From Lingula anatina (Eukaryota > Animalia > Brachiopoda): a stretch of DNA of 64,000 nt. Each line of letters starts with the position of its first letter. Positions within the stretch are counted from its first letter, which is position 1. The position numbers were made by a program, and so were the translations under genes. The notes beneath the pieces were generated by a model, which was not told the origin of the DNA, searched no databases, and saw only the letters and a list, made by a program, of their open reading frames with translations. Shown here piece by piece: positions 25,661 to 37,918 of the stretch. The stretch covers positions 18,972,001 through 19,036,000 of the forward strand of contig CM120645.1 in the NCBI GenBank assembly GCA_051362555.1, given 5' to 3'.

Positions 25661-27832
25661 ATACACTGCACTTAGTTCGTCGTCGTTATAAGTGCCGCAG
25701 CAGAAATAAGAGTGCAGTTAACTTTTAAGTCAACTTTAAATCTTATTGCCAACATTTTTAACTGTATGACATGATACCATAAGTAATTTTTATAAGGAAA
25801 ATGATGGCAACAGGCACGAATTTAGATTTACCGAAAAATCTTCCATCGCGACCGTTTCTGCAAGATTACGCGTTATTACCTTTTTCTTAATAGAAGAATG
25901 GTATGTTATGCGTTTGCTTTTTCTAAATTCACGTTAAAGAAAATGAACTGAAACTTGAAAGAAAAAAAACTCCCCTCCTCCCCTCTCTCAAAGCAACCTT
26001 TTATTTTACTTATTTAAGACAACAGGCAGAGTAAGACGGTCTTGTTACGTAAAGCAAACCTACGCGTGTTAAGTAATACAGTCCTTGTTCACGTCCTCAT
26101 ATTTGTTAATCGTTGTTCTTCAGGGAAGCCTTTTCAGACAGTGTTGATCAAAAGGTAGCGTGCACATTTTTGCTTGATTCTTTGACTGCAAGATTACATT
26201 TAAATAAAACGCATGGAACCCGTTTAGCAAAATTACCCGAAGATTTATCCAGATTTTCCGAATGTCAGTTCCCCGCAATAGAATTTAAATCAAATAAAAA
26301 TTTCTGTCTGTTTCTTAGCAAGAAAGATATTGCTTATGTTTCAGATTAATTTGTAATTAAAGTTGGAGCAATAGTGATTTATCCTTGAGCTGAAGTAGTA
26401 GTAGTAGACCTAATTGCTGTTGAAAGACATACTGTTACTGACGCGCCCCATCGACTATACAGGTGTCCTATACATGTGTGACGATATGTTTCCTATCCAA
26501 ACTTATCATAAAACGATAATTTCATCATCATACATACTAACGTAGATTTGTGAATAGAATGATAGGTGAACATATTTATTTCCATAATATACAAGAGCCT
26601 CCTGCGTCGACCTTCTACTTTATAATTACCTTCGTTAGAAAATAACAAGTGATGAAACCACACTAAACCAGATTATTGACCTCAAGGACTATTTTCTGCC
26701 GTAAAAGTAAACCCTGGACTTCTTATAAAATTTGCTCGTTTTCGAACAGAACTTACAAGAATTTCGTCTACGCCAGTTTTATCTTTTACGAAATGTAGCC
26801 TATACTATCATTTTAATCATGAATTCATCCCCTATATGCTGTAATACAAAAATACGATTAAACAAAGATATAAACAAAATCACTCCAAAACTGGAAAAAG
26901 TGCTTGAAATCTTAACACAATTGTCTACATTCAAATTGTCTCTTTTATTGAATAACCAAGCTGGTCTGAATATTGGTGCTCCCTTTCCCAATCAAAACCG
27001 TCCATCCCTGAACATAGAAAACAAAAATCAGTGAGGTTCTCAGAGCCATATTTCATGTCAGGTCGACATTTTGTGCTCCCTTTACACTTTTACAATGAAT
27101 TAAGCCATCAGTTAAAAGTAAAGGGGACTTATTACCACCTCATATATGTTGTCTGCTGTTGCCATAGAACTTGGACAACGACAATTCCTAAGATCGCCTA
27201 TCACCTCATTTTTCCCCTATTATTTACTAGCTACTGCCTCAAAATACATTCCTCTCACCTTAAATGCTACATGACGTAGCTTTTTACACATATATAAATA
27301 AATCTGCGAAAGGTTACAGGACCTAATAGGAAAACGTATGGCAGTTGCGTGATGCATTAAGCACAAACCACAACTTGATTGCAACTAAAAGCAACCTGCG
27401 TGCTGCTTTTGCGGGGTTTCGCAACTTCTGTCTAGAAACGCCTTGATGCATATTATCATCACTTTTCCCCCGAAAGACTGTCACTAAAATAGTCTTGCTT
27501 GTATGAAATAGCGTTTTTAGGGGCATAAAAGATGGCTAAATTAAAAAGGTTGGTTTTTTTAAACAATCTCCTCATACACGTGCTATCTAATTTTAACATT
27601 ATTTGCCTCCAAGTGTTGTGTATTTCTTTAAACTTACATTTCTCTGTTTCGTTATTGTGGTAGAGAGAGAGATAGCTGTAGAGAGAGAGATAGCTCAGTG
27701 TCGTATCACACAAAACGGTCTAGCTTTGTGCAGCACAGTGAGGTGGGGCTTCTCACTGCTCAAGATTTAGTAAGAATGCTGCTTCCATATCCAAATATGT
27801 TAGTTTTCGCGTTTTAAGTAATCTAAAGCCTT

Positions 27833-27836
<4 letters not shown>

Positions 27837-27888
<52 letters not shown>
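27837..27888. repeat. Poly-A tract (~50 nt)
   Basis: Direct reading; no attached retro-element body recognised. Confidence 0.9.
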
Positions 27889-27890
<2 letters not shown>

Positions 27891-29872
27891 CCTGTTATGG
27901 TCTCCAACAACTGCACACCTTTGCCCTGGTAGAAGAAAAATATATCTACATATCCGTTTTTCATGTCTTTCAGCATGATTTATGGTGATAATGAGACGTG
28001 GAATTATCACCATGCCTCAGGAAGAACGATATCAATTATATGAAGTGTTTGTGTATGTGTATGTGAGTGAGAGAGTGTGTATGCTTGTGTGTGAGTGTGC
28101 GAGAGAGAGAGAGAGAGAGAGAGAGGGTGCGCGTTTGTGTGTTTGGATGGTAGGGTGTTTGTATATACATATAAATATATATACATATATGCAAAAATAC
28201 ATAAATTAATGCGCTATAAATCAATTAGCAGGATAAAAGCTATTACCACGGTACAGGACTGCTCCACCATTATTTTAATCAAAATTAAGAGTCAATAATA
28301 TTTTTGTTCTATTCCAATTGGACTATTTCCAGCCGTGATAATTACAAAAATGGATTATACCAACTACATATATAAATCAGAGTAGGCCTAATTCCCACAC
28401 AGGCAGGTCTGTTTAGTTCATCGGGATGCTACACTGAATACCGAAAAAAAAGTGTAGGTATATTATTAATATCCAGGATTGCCGGCAATAATTTTCGACC
28501 TTGCTAACTACAGGGAAAAGCATGGGTTGAGGAGAACCTTTCATGTAGATGTTTTATGAACCTTTCATGTACAGATGCCTCATGTGTACACATTTTTAAA
28601 GCGTTTCTCTGTCTCGAACTTCCGAAACTCGAAGTAAGTATGTGTTATTATGAACCTACAGTTGCATTTGACACAGATTCCAATGTTATCTTATTCTGCT
28701 GATTAAGTTGCTCTTGTAAGCTGACTTCTAGACTGCAGGATGGAATTATCGTCATTACCTGATCGAGCAGAAAGCACAAAACTCAATACCGATTTATAAG
28801 TCTCGCCGTTTTCAGTTGCAGTGGTCCATTATGGTAATGAGACGCGCTCTCTCGGTCACATACAGTACATCAAGCGCTGCAACACGGCATAGCTTTCATA
28901 AGGCCGCCGAATCAGAAAATTCAATTTAACCCTACATTTTCCCATGCTTATGGGAAGAGGCGGCATACAGACGTCCATATACACATATGCATGTTGGTTG
29001 CGTCATATATCCGTTCTAATGCTGCTGTCAATACAAATATACCCAAGGTAATTACATGATAGATATATTGGCGATTTAATTCTATTTCACCAGGATGTTG
29101 ATAAGGGAGCAACCCATAAGATTTTACACTGTATTAACACTATTCCATCTTCGCATTTGAGCATACAAAAAGAAATCAAAATTAGAAAAACGCCTTCTGA
29201 GCGGACACTCATTTTTTGCGAAAATAGATAAATTTTAGGCTAGCAGACACCTTGAAATGTGTACACCTTGTTCTTATTGTTCTTGGTGTATCACCACTGT
29301 AGTACAGTAAGATTAACCTTTCAACACTTTTGAGACGGGTAAAATAGTTCGAGAAACTGATAAATGTCAACTGTAACATATTCCTGTTGACATTTTGTTC
29401 TCTGTCTATAGCGGATTTGCAAAGAAGGAAGCGCCACACTGGCTGAATAATCTGAGACAATACATTGGAGACCGCATTAAGTTTAATTTAATACATGTAC
29501 CACCCCACTGGTCAGCCTGTCTGAAGAAGATTAACGCGATGACCAATGTTTCTGTCAATCTCTGTAAACATTGACTAACGCGTAGGATCGGAAAATACCA
29601 TTGGAGATTTCATGTTTGGTAATTGCGTTCCTGATTAAGCACATTATTAAGCCCGCGCTTAATGGTCAGATTCCATTTAAGAAGATTGTTTGGAAAAATG
29701 ATATAAAGGAACTTTACACGGTGTAATATCTCTAATTTATCTTTGCGGTAAAGCTCCCAGATTAAATGAGCAAGTAAATGAGCTTATCTCTGCTGATCGC
29801 GTCTGACTTGTTCTACTGCTGTTCTACATCCGAAAGCTGGCACTGTATGCATGCACGTAGAAAGTAAATTTG

Positions 29873-29906
<34 letters not shown>

Positions 29907-30908
29907 ATAAAATGGAATTGTGGGAATGGGGTAGGGGTGAAGGTTACACCCCCTGCTCTCCATATGCTTATGTCTGACGTTCTTGAAAACAGTGACTCTT
30001 ACTCTTGTAATATATATCTTAAAGCTGTTGACTTCAGCGTATACTGAGACAGCACCCGTGCTTGTGAGGTAGAGCGCGGGGATGTGATTAAACGGCTGAG
30101 TTCTTCATGATTCAGATACGCGACACCATACAACATGTCCACTTACGTATTTCTTTTCACCAATACTGTGACCCATAAGTTTTTCATATATGGAACTTTA
30201 CGTTTTTTATTGTTATATTTTCCTATTTTCTTCGCACAACGTTGTAAAGTTCTCTCATAATCACCAATGAAGCCATGAAATTAGAAAAATAATAAAGCCA
30301 GTTTAACTTTGTATAATTTGGTATACATTCTGTCACAAGTAGGTATATATTAAGAAAATAAGTGGTCTCAATTTGAAAACGTGAAAGGATATAAATATAT
30401 AATCAAACTTACAAGCATGCGCAGTCATTAGTACTCTCGCTAAGGCAGCTTGCCAGTCCGTCTGCTTCTGAATCTCCACACACGCATATGACACACGCAC
30501 ACGTAAGCTTTCACGCACGTACACAGACAGGCCAGTTAACCAAAATGTAACGTCCAACTCATAAAAACGGAGATGTACACTGTTGTTTAATGAATTGGTG
30601 CACCTTTGGATATCCAATATGGTCAATTTCTATCAATTTAGCAAAATCCCCTTTGATTTTGAAGGAATTGTTTATTTCACTTTATCTATGGGTACTACAA
30701 AATAAGTTAGGTCGATTTTGGACACACCTCAGTGGACTGTTGCACCGATGTGACAGCCAAAGTGCTGAAGAAAAAATGGACATTTTGCATGTGCTGATAT
30801 GTTGTTCTGTGATTCTCCTGCTCTTCAGAGAGGTAGTTTTAGCTCATTCACAGCGTAGACGTCATTATTACAGCAAAATATACAAAAGTTGTACCAACAT
30901 TTTTAAAT

Positions 30909-30910
<2 letters not shown>

Positions 30911-30944
<34 letters not shown>
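30911..30944. repeat. (GT)n microsatellite
   Basis: Direct reading; another (GT)n lies at ~29875-29904. Confidence 0.95.
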
Positions 30945-30949
<5 letters not shown>

Positions 30950-31901
30950 CATATGATTTGTCCTCCAGTCGAGCAAATTGGATGTTTTTCTGAGCAAATT
31001 GCAATTCTGTAAGCGTAACCAACCAGTCTCTGAATCTTGGGGATTGCGTTTGACAGGACATGTAAAAAAAAAAAAAGATAAATGAGATTCACCTTGTTCA
31101 TATTGAAATTCGAGCCAACGTATACGTCATTCTGTCATTGCTATAAAGATACCAGCGTTGAGTTCCAGACATTTCCACTTTCATGCCAAACGTTTTGTAG
31201 CTGAAGTTGTATGATATGTCCCCAGTTAAAAAAAATAAGTCGGTTCCCTGGCTTAGTTGACTAGGATTTCCATGAGAGTGCTGTTACACTGATCCTGAAA
31301 GGGTCAAATGTCCCATGTGACCATGTAACATTGGTAATTCAGTTTTTAGCCAGGGAACCTGACTTATTTATTTATTTGTGAAACCGGGACATGGTATGTT
31401 TTTCCTAACTTGATCCGTTTGGAGCTGCCATGGGATTGATAAGATAAAACGACAGAATTTAATTTTTGTGAACCGAGATATCTGTTTACAATAAGTGGCA
31501 TAGATATGCAACGCTTCTTGCTCTTGAGAGCGGTTGTCACAACTGCGATTCTTTTCCTCATTTTTCACTTCCACATTTTTCTATTTTCTGCTTTGATATG
31601 TTGTTGCCAACAATGAGGATTTGCATATTTAATCTACGTTAACTGCGTATTACTCTGGGACTGCTCTGAAACTGACGTTCATTTAACCCTAATGCAACAT
31701 GGTAATTCAGGCAACAGTACATAATCTTTTTGTGTTTTTTTTTCAGAAACCGCAGGCTTTGTACCCACTACACTCTTAGTGCAACGCATGTTGAATGGTA
31801 TACCAAATGTCTGTTAAGCACTCGGACTGAGATTTTTCCATCAATCACAGACCACACATGTTAAACAATTACAAGCGAGGAGGTAGTCACTGAAAACCAT
31901 C

Positions 31902-33254
31902 ATGTCGACGACTGGAATTCCACGCAATGAAACAGTGCTGCCGTTGGAAAACAGTTCAGTTATGGCTGAGGCACTGATGCCCACGGTCATTTACAATTCG
32001 ACAGACGGCCGCGACCAATCGCTGACTGAAGCCGGGGGTTTAATTGCCATGGTGCTGATCACCATCCTGGGTGCTGTCGGCAACACCTGCCTTGTTGTAA
32101 TTATACTGGTATCCAAGAATCTAAGAAAGAATTTGACACATGCCTATGTTCTGAACCTCGCGTGCATAGACGGCTTAGCGTCCATATTACTTCTTCCTTT
32201 GGCTGCTGTGACATTCTCACGAGGCAGCTGGCAGCTGGGAACAGATAAGTTATGTTATGCAACGGGGTTTCTACACGTTATGCTGCACACCGCATCCATA
32301 TTGGGAATGTGCATTATTAGCGCAGAGAGGTACTACTCAATAGCTTTTCCAATGCGCCACAGTGCTAATTTGACCACTTCCAGAACCGTAATAACGATAA
32401 CAATAACATGGTTACCGCCGTTGATATTTTCCAGTATTCCGTATTTTATGTCTGATACAGGGTATTATCATGAGCCACGACCATCCATTTGCCTACCGCT
32501 GTTTGATTCAAAGGTTGGCGAGATTTTTTACGTTTTAATGGTGACAATATTTTGTTTTTGCATCCCGGCTGTAGTTATGGGTTGCATGTATTTTGGGATT
32601 CTTCAAGTCGCGAGGAAAACTGCGATTCAGGTGGGGCCGATTCCGGGCCAGTTTTTACCCCACGGCCCCAACACCTTTCAGCGTGAAGAACGATTCATAT
32701 TTGTCAATGTGACGACGCAGACTGATCGCACGACCGCCATAGCAACCGTTTCTGGGACGGACAGAGCTGGCGGGGCGTACACTAACACTGATCATGTCCA
32801 TAGCCAAGTCGTAAGAACGAGCAAAAGCCCCCCTCACACATGCAAAGCATTCCGAACGTTACTTCTCGTCTATGGATCTTTTTTGTGTCTTTGGGTACCT
32901 TACTACGTCATTTCATTGATAAGTCCATTCCAGAGCATTGACACGTATTATGTTTTGATAGCAACTTGGCTTGGCTACGCATCATTCGCCATTAACCCGT
33001 TCTTCTACGGTTGGCTCAATAGATCTATCAGAGAACAAATAGTGGAAGCACTGCAGCACTGTAAACGGAAGATTTTATGCCGTGACCCAGAGAGTGCGGT
33101 TCGCACTTCAGGTAACATTGAGGAAGCAGCAAATGGCGGCGGCTTAGAGAGCGGAGGGGCCTTTGAAGATTTCTATCAGTTCATTGGATGCAAAGCTAGC
33201 TACGATGCAAGGAATCGGCCGGGTGATACGACAAACATTGAGCAAAGGTTTTGA
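31902..33254 (+). CDS. GPR61: Class A (rhodopsin-like) GPCR, GPR61/GPR62-like orphan receptor, 450 aa, intronless CDS
   Basis: Seven hydrophobic segments; GN in TM1, LACID in TM2, ERY at TM3, LWVPY in TM6, NPFFY in TM7; N-terminal NET/NSS/NST sequons. VARKTAIQVGPIP, TWLGY...NPFFYGWLNRSIR and C-terminal EDFYQF resemble human GPR61 as recalled. Splice acceptor at 31746 implies a 5'-UTR intron. GPCR call is secure; the subfamily is less so. Confidence 0.9.
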   Translation: MSTTGIPRNETVLPLENSSVMAEALMPTVIYNSTDGRDQSLTEAGGLIAMVLITILGAVGNTCLVVIILVSKNLRKNLTHAYVLNLACIDGLASILLLPLAAVTFSRGSWQLGTDKLCYATGFLHVMLHTASILGMCIISAERYYSIAFPMRHSANLTTSRTVITITITWLPPLIFSSIPYFMSDTGYYHEPRPSICLPLFDSKVGEIFYVLMVTIFCFCIPAVVMGCMYFGILQVARKTAIQVGPIPGQFLPHGPNTFQREERFIFVNVTTQTDRTTAIATVSGTDRAGGAYTNTDHVHSQVVRTSKSPPHTCKAFRTLLLVYGSFLCLWVPYYVISLISPFQSIDTYYVLIATWLGYASFAINPFFYGWLNRSIREQIVEALQHCKRKILCRDPESAVRTSGNIEEAANGGGLESGGAFEDFYQFIGCKASYDARNRPGDTTNIEQRF

Positions 33255-34144
33255 CTCGCATCCCGAAGTCAATAAGTGCTAGCTGTCATTAGCATTGTTT
33301 TGCCATTTTAACTTACATTCAAATGAAAGCGAACTTCGTCTGCTATTGTGCTAAATTCGACAACTAAGCCATATGCAATAAGTTAGAAAAAATTGATAAA
33401 GCAGCCAAGAAAAAATTAACTTCTACACTTTTAAGCGCCAGTCAGATGGGGATAAGACATTAAACTTTTGAAGATTAGGCAAATACAAAATGTTTGTTTC
33501 AATAACATGCCGGACAAAAATATTTCAGCCAAGTAATTTAGTTTAACGTAACCTTAAGAGTGCTTATAATTTGGTTACAGTTTTCTAGACTGTATTGGTA
33601 TTTCTGTCCGTGTATTAGTCGTGTATTATACGTTTAATTTAGTCACTTTAATTTTTTTTTTCTGTAAAGCTTAATTTCTTCAAAACTATGGTCAAGCACG
33701 ATATTAAGTACTAGTTTAACCATATCAATGCGAACTGCTACCATAGTCGTGCGTTGTTGCATAACGAATCTTTATTAATTGCTCGTTGTCTGCATGCAGA
33801 CACACTAGCTGCAGTGATATATGTCACAAACAACACAACACTTATATGAAAAACGCACACACATGAACAATTTCTGCTTCAGCCAAGTTTGGCTGAATTA
33901 ATTAAACGAAGAGAGGTGTCGCGCCGAGATAGGGTGACCTAGCTTTAGTAGCGCGACTTGAAAGGTTATATTATTATGACATACAAGTGAAACCGTGTGC
34001 GCCGCGGCAGTAGTGCTGTTGGAAGCGGACGTTGTAGGCATCTGTATAGATCTATTTTACGTTTGTCAGTCTGGTGTAATAAGGAGACATATAGATCTCC
34101 GATGTACAGGAAGTAATTCTTAGAACAAGGTCATTTGTCACGAC

Positions 34145-34335
34145 TCTCACATTCAGGGTCCCCACTGATTATCTATGACAATACCTGAGTCCTTTATGTA
34201 TACTTATTGCAAATAATTCTTATAATAACAGCATAAAATAATATTGATGAAGAACGCTGAATGTAAAAAAAGTCATCCATCCCCCCCCCCTTCCAGGAAC
34301 AGCGCAACCCCAATGTTTTCATGAAATATGACTGA
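34145..34335 (+). repeat. ~195-bp dispersed direct repeat, copy 1
   Basis: ctcacattcaggg(t/c)ccccactgattatctatgacaatacc ... catgaaatatgactg is repeated at 36234-36435. Confidence 0.9.
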
Positions 34336-36169
34336 TCGCGATCGAGATGTATTTACCCACCTTATAACCTCTTATCCCTTTCATTCCCTTCATCTAAGTC
34401 TGCATTCCACGCTCGTTAGGGTCCATTTATCAATTATTTGTCACTTGCCTACTTAGCTATCACGATAAACCGTGTTGCTTATATTCTGTCGGTGAACAAC
34501 AGAGATTTTTTCCGGTTTTGTAGTTTATTGCATATATTTGGGTTAGCCTATAGCTAACAGACACCATATATTATGTCGCACCGTATACATGGGTGTGTTC
34601 TATTTTGTGATTTCTTTGTAGTTAACATTACATTGAAGATGTGTTTGTGCTTTATCGTATTCTTTCCAGCCAATGTGATTCACTTGTTTATTTAAATTCG
34701 CTCCTTGGTATAATTTGCGTTGTGATTCACAAAGAGATGTCAAAACATCCCCGTTTTAGAGGCCTATTTGCATCATATGAAATAGAGTTCCAGCCCGCTA
34801 TGCCTGATCCAAAAAACATTCGCTGTCCAGGAAATCAATGATGATTATAAATGACGCACTAGTCACACTAGGGTGATGATACAGTATTAATTACACTTAT
34901 AAGCCTCGTGTTATCATGCTGGTCAAAGTATCAACGCGCACAGCGGGTGAAATTGGAGATGGAGAAGCAAGTATGTATGCACCATGGAAAATATTGGCAG
35001 TTAAGAAAGGGCGTCAAGTAGTTATACATAGGCGTTAACGTGAAAGGTCAAAAAGTATACATAAGATGTATTGACAAAATGAACCAATTAGCACTTGGTA
35101 GCTACAAAAATGTAACAATATTACACGCCAGAACAGGCGAAAACGCACTGCTTTGGCTATTTATCACATTGAAGCAATATAGGCCACTTTGAAAGCCTTC
35201 TTTGGTAGCATAGATGGTACCTTGTTTCTTTATTTCTGATGAGAGCTAAGTTTTATCAAAAATAAATGACTTTACAGAATTTCAGAGATGTTATTAGAGT
35301 TTTCCAGTGTGTCGGCTGATGTCCTGCAAACAAGGAAAGAAAAGCACTTACGTTATTTAATTCCAAATGGATTGTTATAAGGATTTTTGATAGGAATTAA
35401 AAACGAGTACATAATGTAAATACACATGTCCGTACCATTACCAAGATATTTAATGTTATTTCATTCGTTTCAATAAAGTTTCGTTCATTAAAATGGGACT
35501 TGTTTCTTTACTTAATTCCTTACCCACGATATACGTATGAAGTAAATGAATGTAACATTGGCATCCTCTTGTAATAGTTAGATCTGATAAATGCTAATAC
35601 ATACACATTCATATCATACCTGTAACCACGTTCACAGGTAATCTTTCAGCAAACCTACAACAAAACAAATATGTTACAGGTTAGAAAAAATGATTCGGAA
35701 TTGTCCATAAGAAATTTTTCGTTACCTAAGACATGAGATCCAACAGAAAACTAACAACAAAGGGGCTGTACAAATACCGAAAAATACTGGAAAAACATGA
35801 AGACACCTTCACGGCCCAATTTCGTTATATTTAAGTTAAAATGTGAATAAACAGGACCGGCTCTATGTGTCCTATCTGTCCTCATAAACAATAATTGCCC
35901 TTTACAATTTGGATTTTTATGACTGTGAATGTTGAATTAACATCCTCAATTTCACTGTGTAAAAGTAAAAATTTTGAGGATGATTTGGCAAACCTCATTT
36001 TATATTCTGAATGTGCCAAACAGGAAGTTGAGGGGACTTGTTTTTTACAAGATTGTGTTTGCAACAAGTATCTATACAATTGCACCATAAAATCATAGTT
36101 ATGCCGTTGCTGTTTTGGAGTTGATATAGTTATGGTGCTTTATTTTCATCCTTGGTGGTGTAGAAATTG

Positions 36170-37430
36170 AACTAGATGGTTCCAATGGGTACCCATTACA
36201 TAGACCTGCATTTCCCCAAATTGTAAAGAGGAACTCACATTCAGGGCCCCCACTGATTATCTATGACAATACCCGAGTCCTTTATGTATACTTATTGCAA
36301 ATAATTATTATAATAACAGCATAAAATAATATTGATGAAGAACGCTGAATGTAAAAAAAGTGTCATCCGCCCCCCCCTCCCCCCCTCCCCCCTCCAGGAA
36401 CAGCGCAACCCCAATGTGTTCATGAAATATGACTGGCCCATCCACAGCCCTGATGAGAGGGTTATCACTTCAGATCATTAATATCAATGATCTAGAGGAG
36501 GAGATAGCAGAACTTGAGGAATGGACTTGTACAATGTGCAAAGGAATTAGGTCAAAAATCACCCCCCCCCCCCCAAGGACAGCCAAACCCTAAGAAGCAC
36601 TTAATTTTGTGAAATGCCCACATTTGTGTTGATATGTCTGCGAATATCTTAAGTTTTAACTTCCTCATTTTAATAATCTGGGAGGAGTAAGCCGAAATTA
36701 CAATGTGGCAAGAATGAACAACCATCGACCCCAAAGGGCCAGCTCAACCCCCTTCCCGGACTAAAATTCTGAGCTGCCCAAGCTCAACCCTGATCATAGA
36801 TTGATCAATTACCAGAATTTGAACTTCCTCAATCTTATGGCCTGATAGGGGCCAGAAGAAATTACACTGTGAAAAGAATTTAGAGCTAACCATCCCCCAG
36901 GTACAACCCAACCCCTAGCTGCACTAAAATTCTGAAGTATAGGTCTACAGGCCCGTAGCCAGCAAATTCAAAAGGGGGGTTCTTTTTCTGAAAAAGTGGA
37001 CCTTTTACAATGAAACTTATGTGTACCTAGAAAAATTTTTACCCAAAATGGAACTTTTCCTGACAAAAGAGACGGTTCTTTCGAACCCCCCCCCCCCCCA
37101 AACCCTCCCTGGCTACGGGCCTGGTCTATAATTAATCCGCAAAGTTTCAACTTCCTAACTGTAATGGTCTAGAGGGGTTAGCAGAAATTACAATGTAAAA
37201 AAATAAAGAATCATCCACCCCCAGTGGCAGTCCAATGTCCTGTTGCACTACAATTCCGAAGTATCCATACACATCCCTGATGATAGGTCTATACATTCCC
37301 AAAGTTTCAACTTCCTAGCTCTAACTGTCTCGGAGGAGATAGCAGAAATTACTAAAGCAATGGTACACAGACTCGTGGACAGGCAGAGTAACATGACTTA
37401 GACTCTTGTCGCACAAGTGCAGGGATAATG
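36170..37430 (+). mobile_element. Composite Helentron/HINE (pearl-like) element with degenerate ~150-bp internal repeats and nested insertions
   Basis: Starts aactaga; recurring units ...aacttcct...ggaggag...agcagaaattaca; ends with acagac and a short palindrome (cttgtcgcacaag). Contains copy 2 of the 195-bp repeat and a MITE. Confidence 0.5.
36948..37123. mobile_element. 176-bp MITE with perfect 15-bp TIR CAGGCCCGTAGCCAG
   Basis: caggcccgtagccag ... ctggctacgggcctg, flanked by the direct repeat GTCTA. CAG termini are hAT-like. Confidence 0.85.
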
Positions 37431-37918
37431 GACTTTCATATGGCATCCCAATGCTCAAGAATATGATGATTAGCCGATCTAAGCCTGACGGTAGGTCAAC
37501 AAACATCAATGTGTTCCATAAATGATGGCATCTGAACATCTAAGCCAACCGAAATTTTGAGCAATCCTTGCACTTATATGCATTGTACATTAACAAGGCA
37601 TGTACGGACCAAGCTCAGTTAGTCAATATTTTTGGTAAATTTTCCAAATGTTCATAAATAGTTCAATGTTGACTAAGATATCCACATATTTTATTATCCG
37701 ATAACCAACATAGTTTGATACATAAATCATTTCTAGACCCCCCCCCCAAAAAAGGAAAAAAATTGGAATTTTCTCTGAAAAATAGGAAAAAATAACAAAT
37801 AGGAAAAAAATAGGAGCTTGACTCCCTGCATATCGTTAGCGACGACGTGAATCTCGCGAGACAAGACGAGAATTCTTTAGTGGATTTGGAGCAAAAAGGA
37901 AAAAAAAACAATTACCAA

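Noticed and set aside
25271-25666. 131-aa minus-strand ORF as a gene
   Set aside because: No recognisable domain or splice context; another frame looks like a decayed LINE C-terminus.
35850-36100. Possible ancient RT fragment (SSISLCKSKNFEDD resembling ...LFADD)
   Set aside because: Similarity too weak to call without an alignment.
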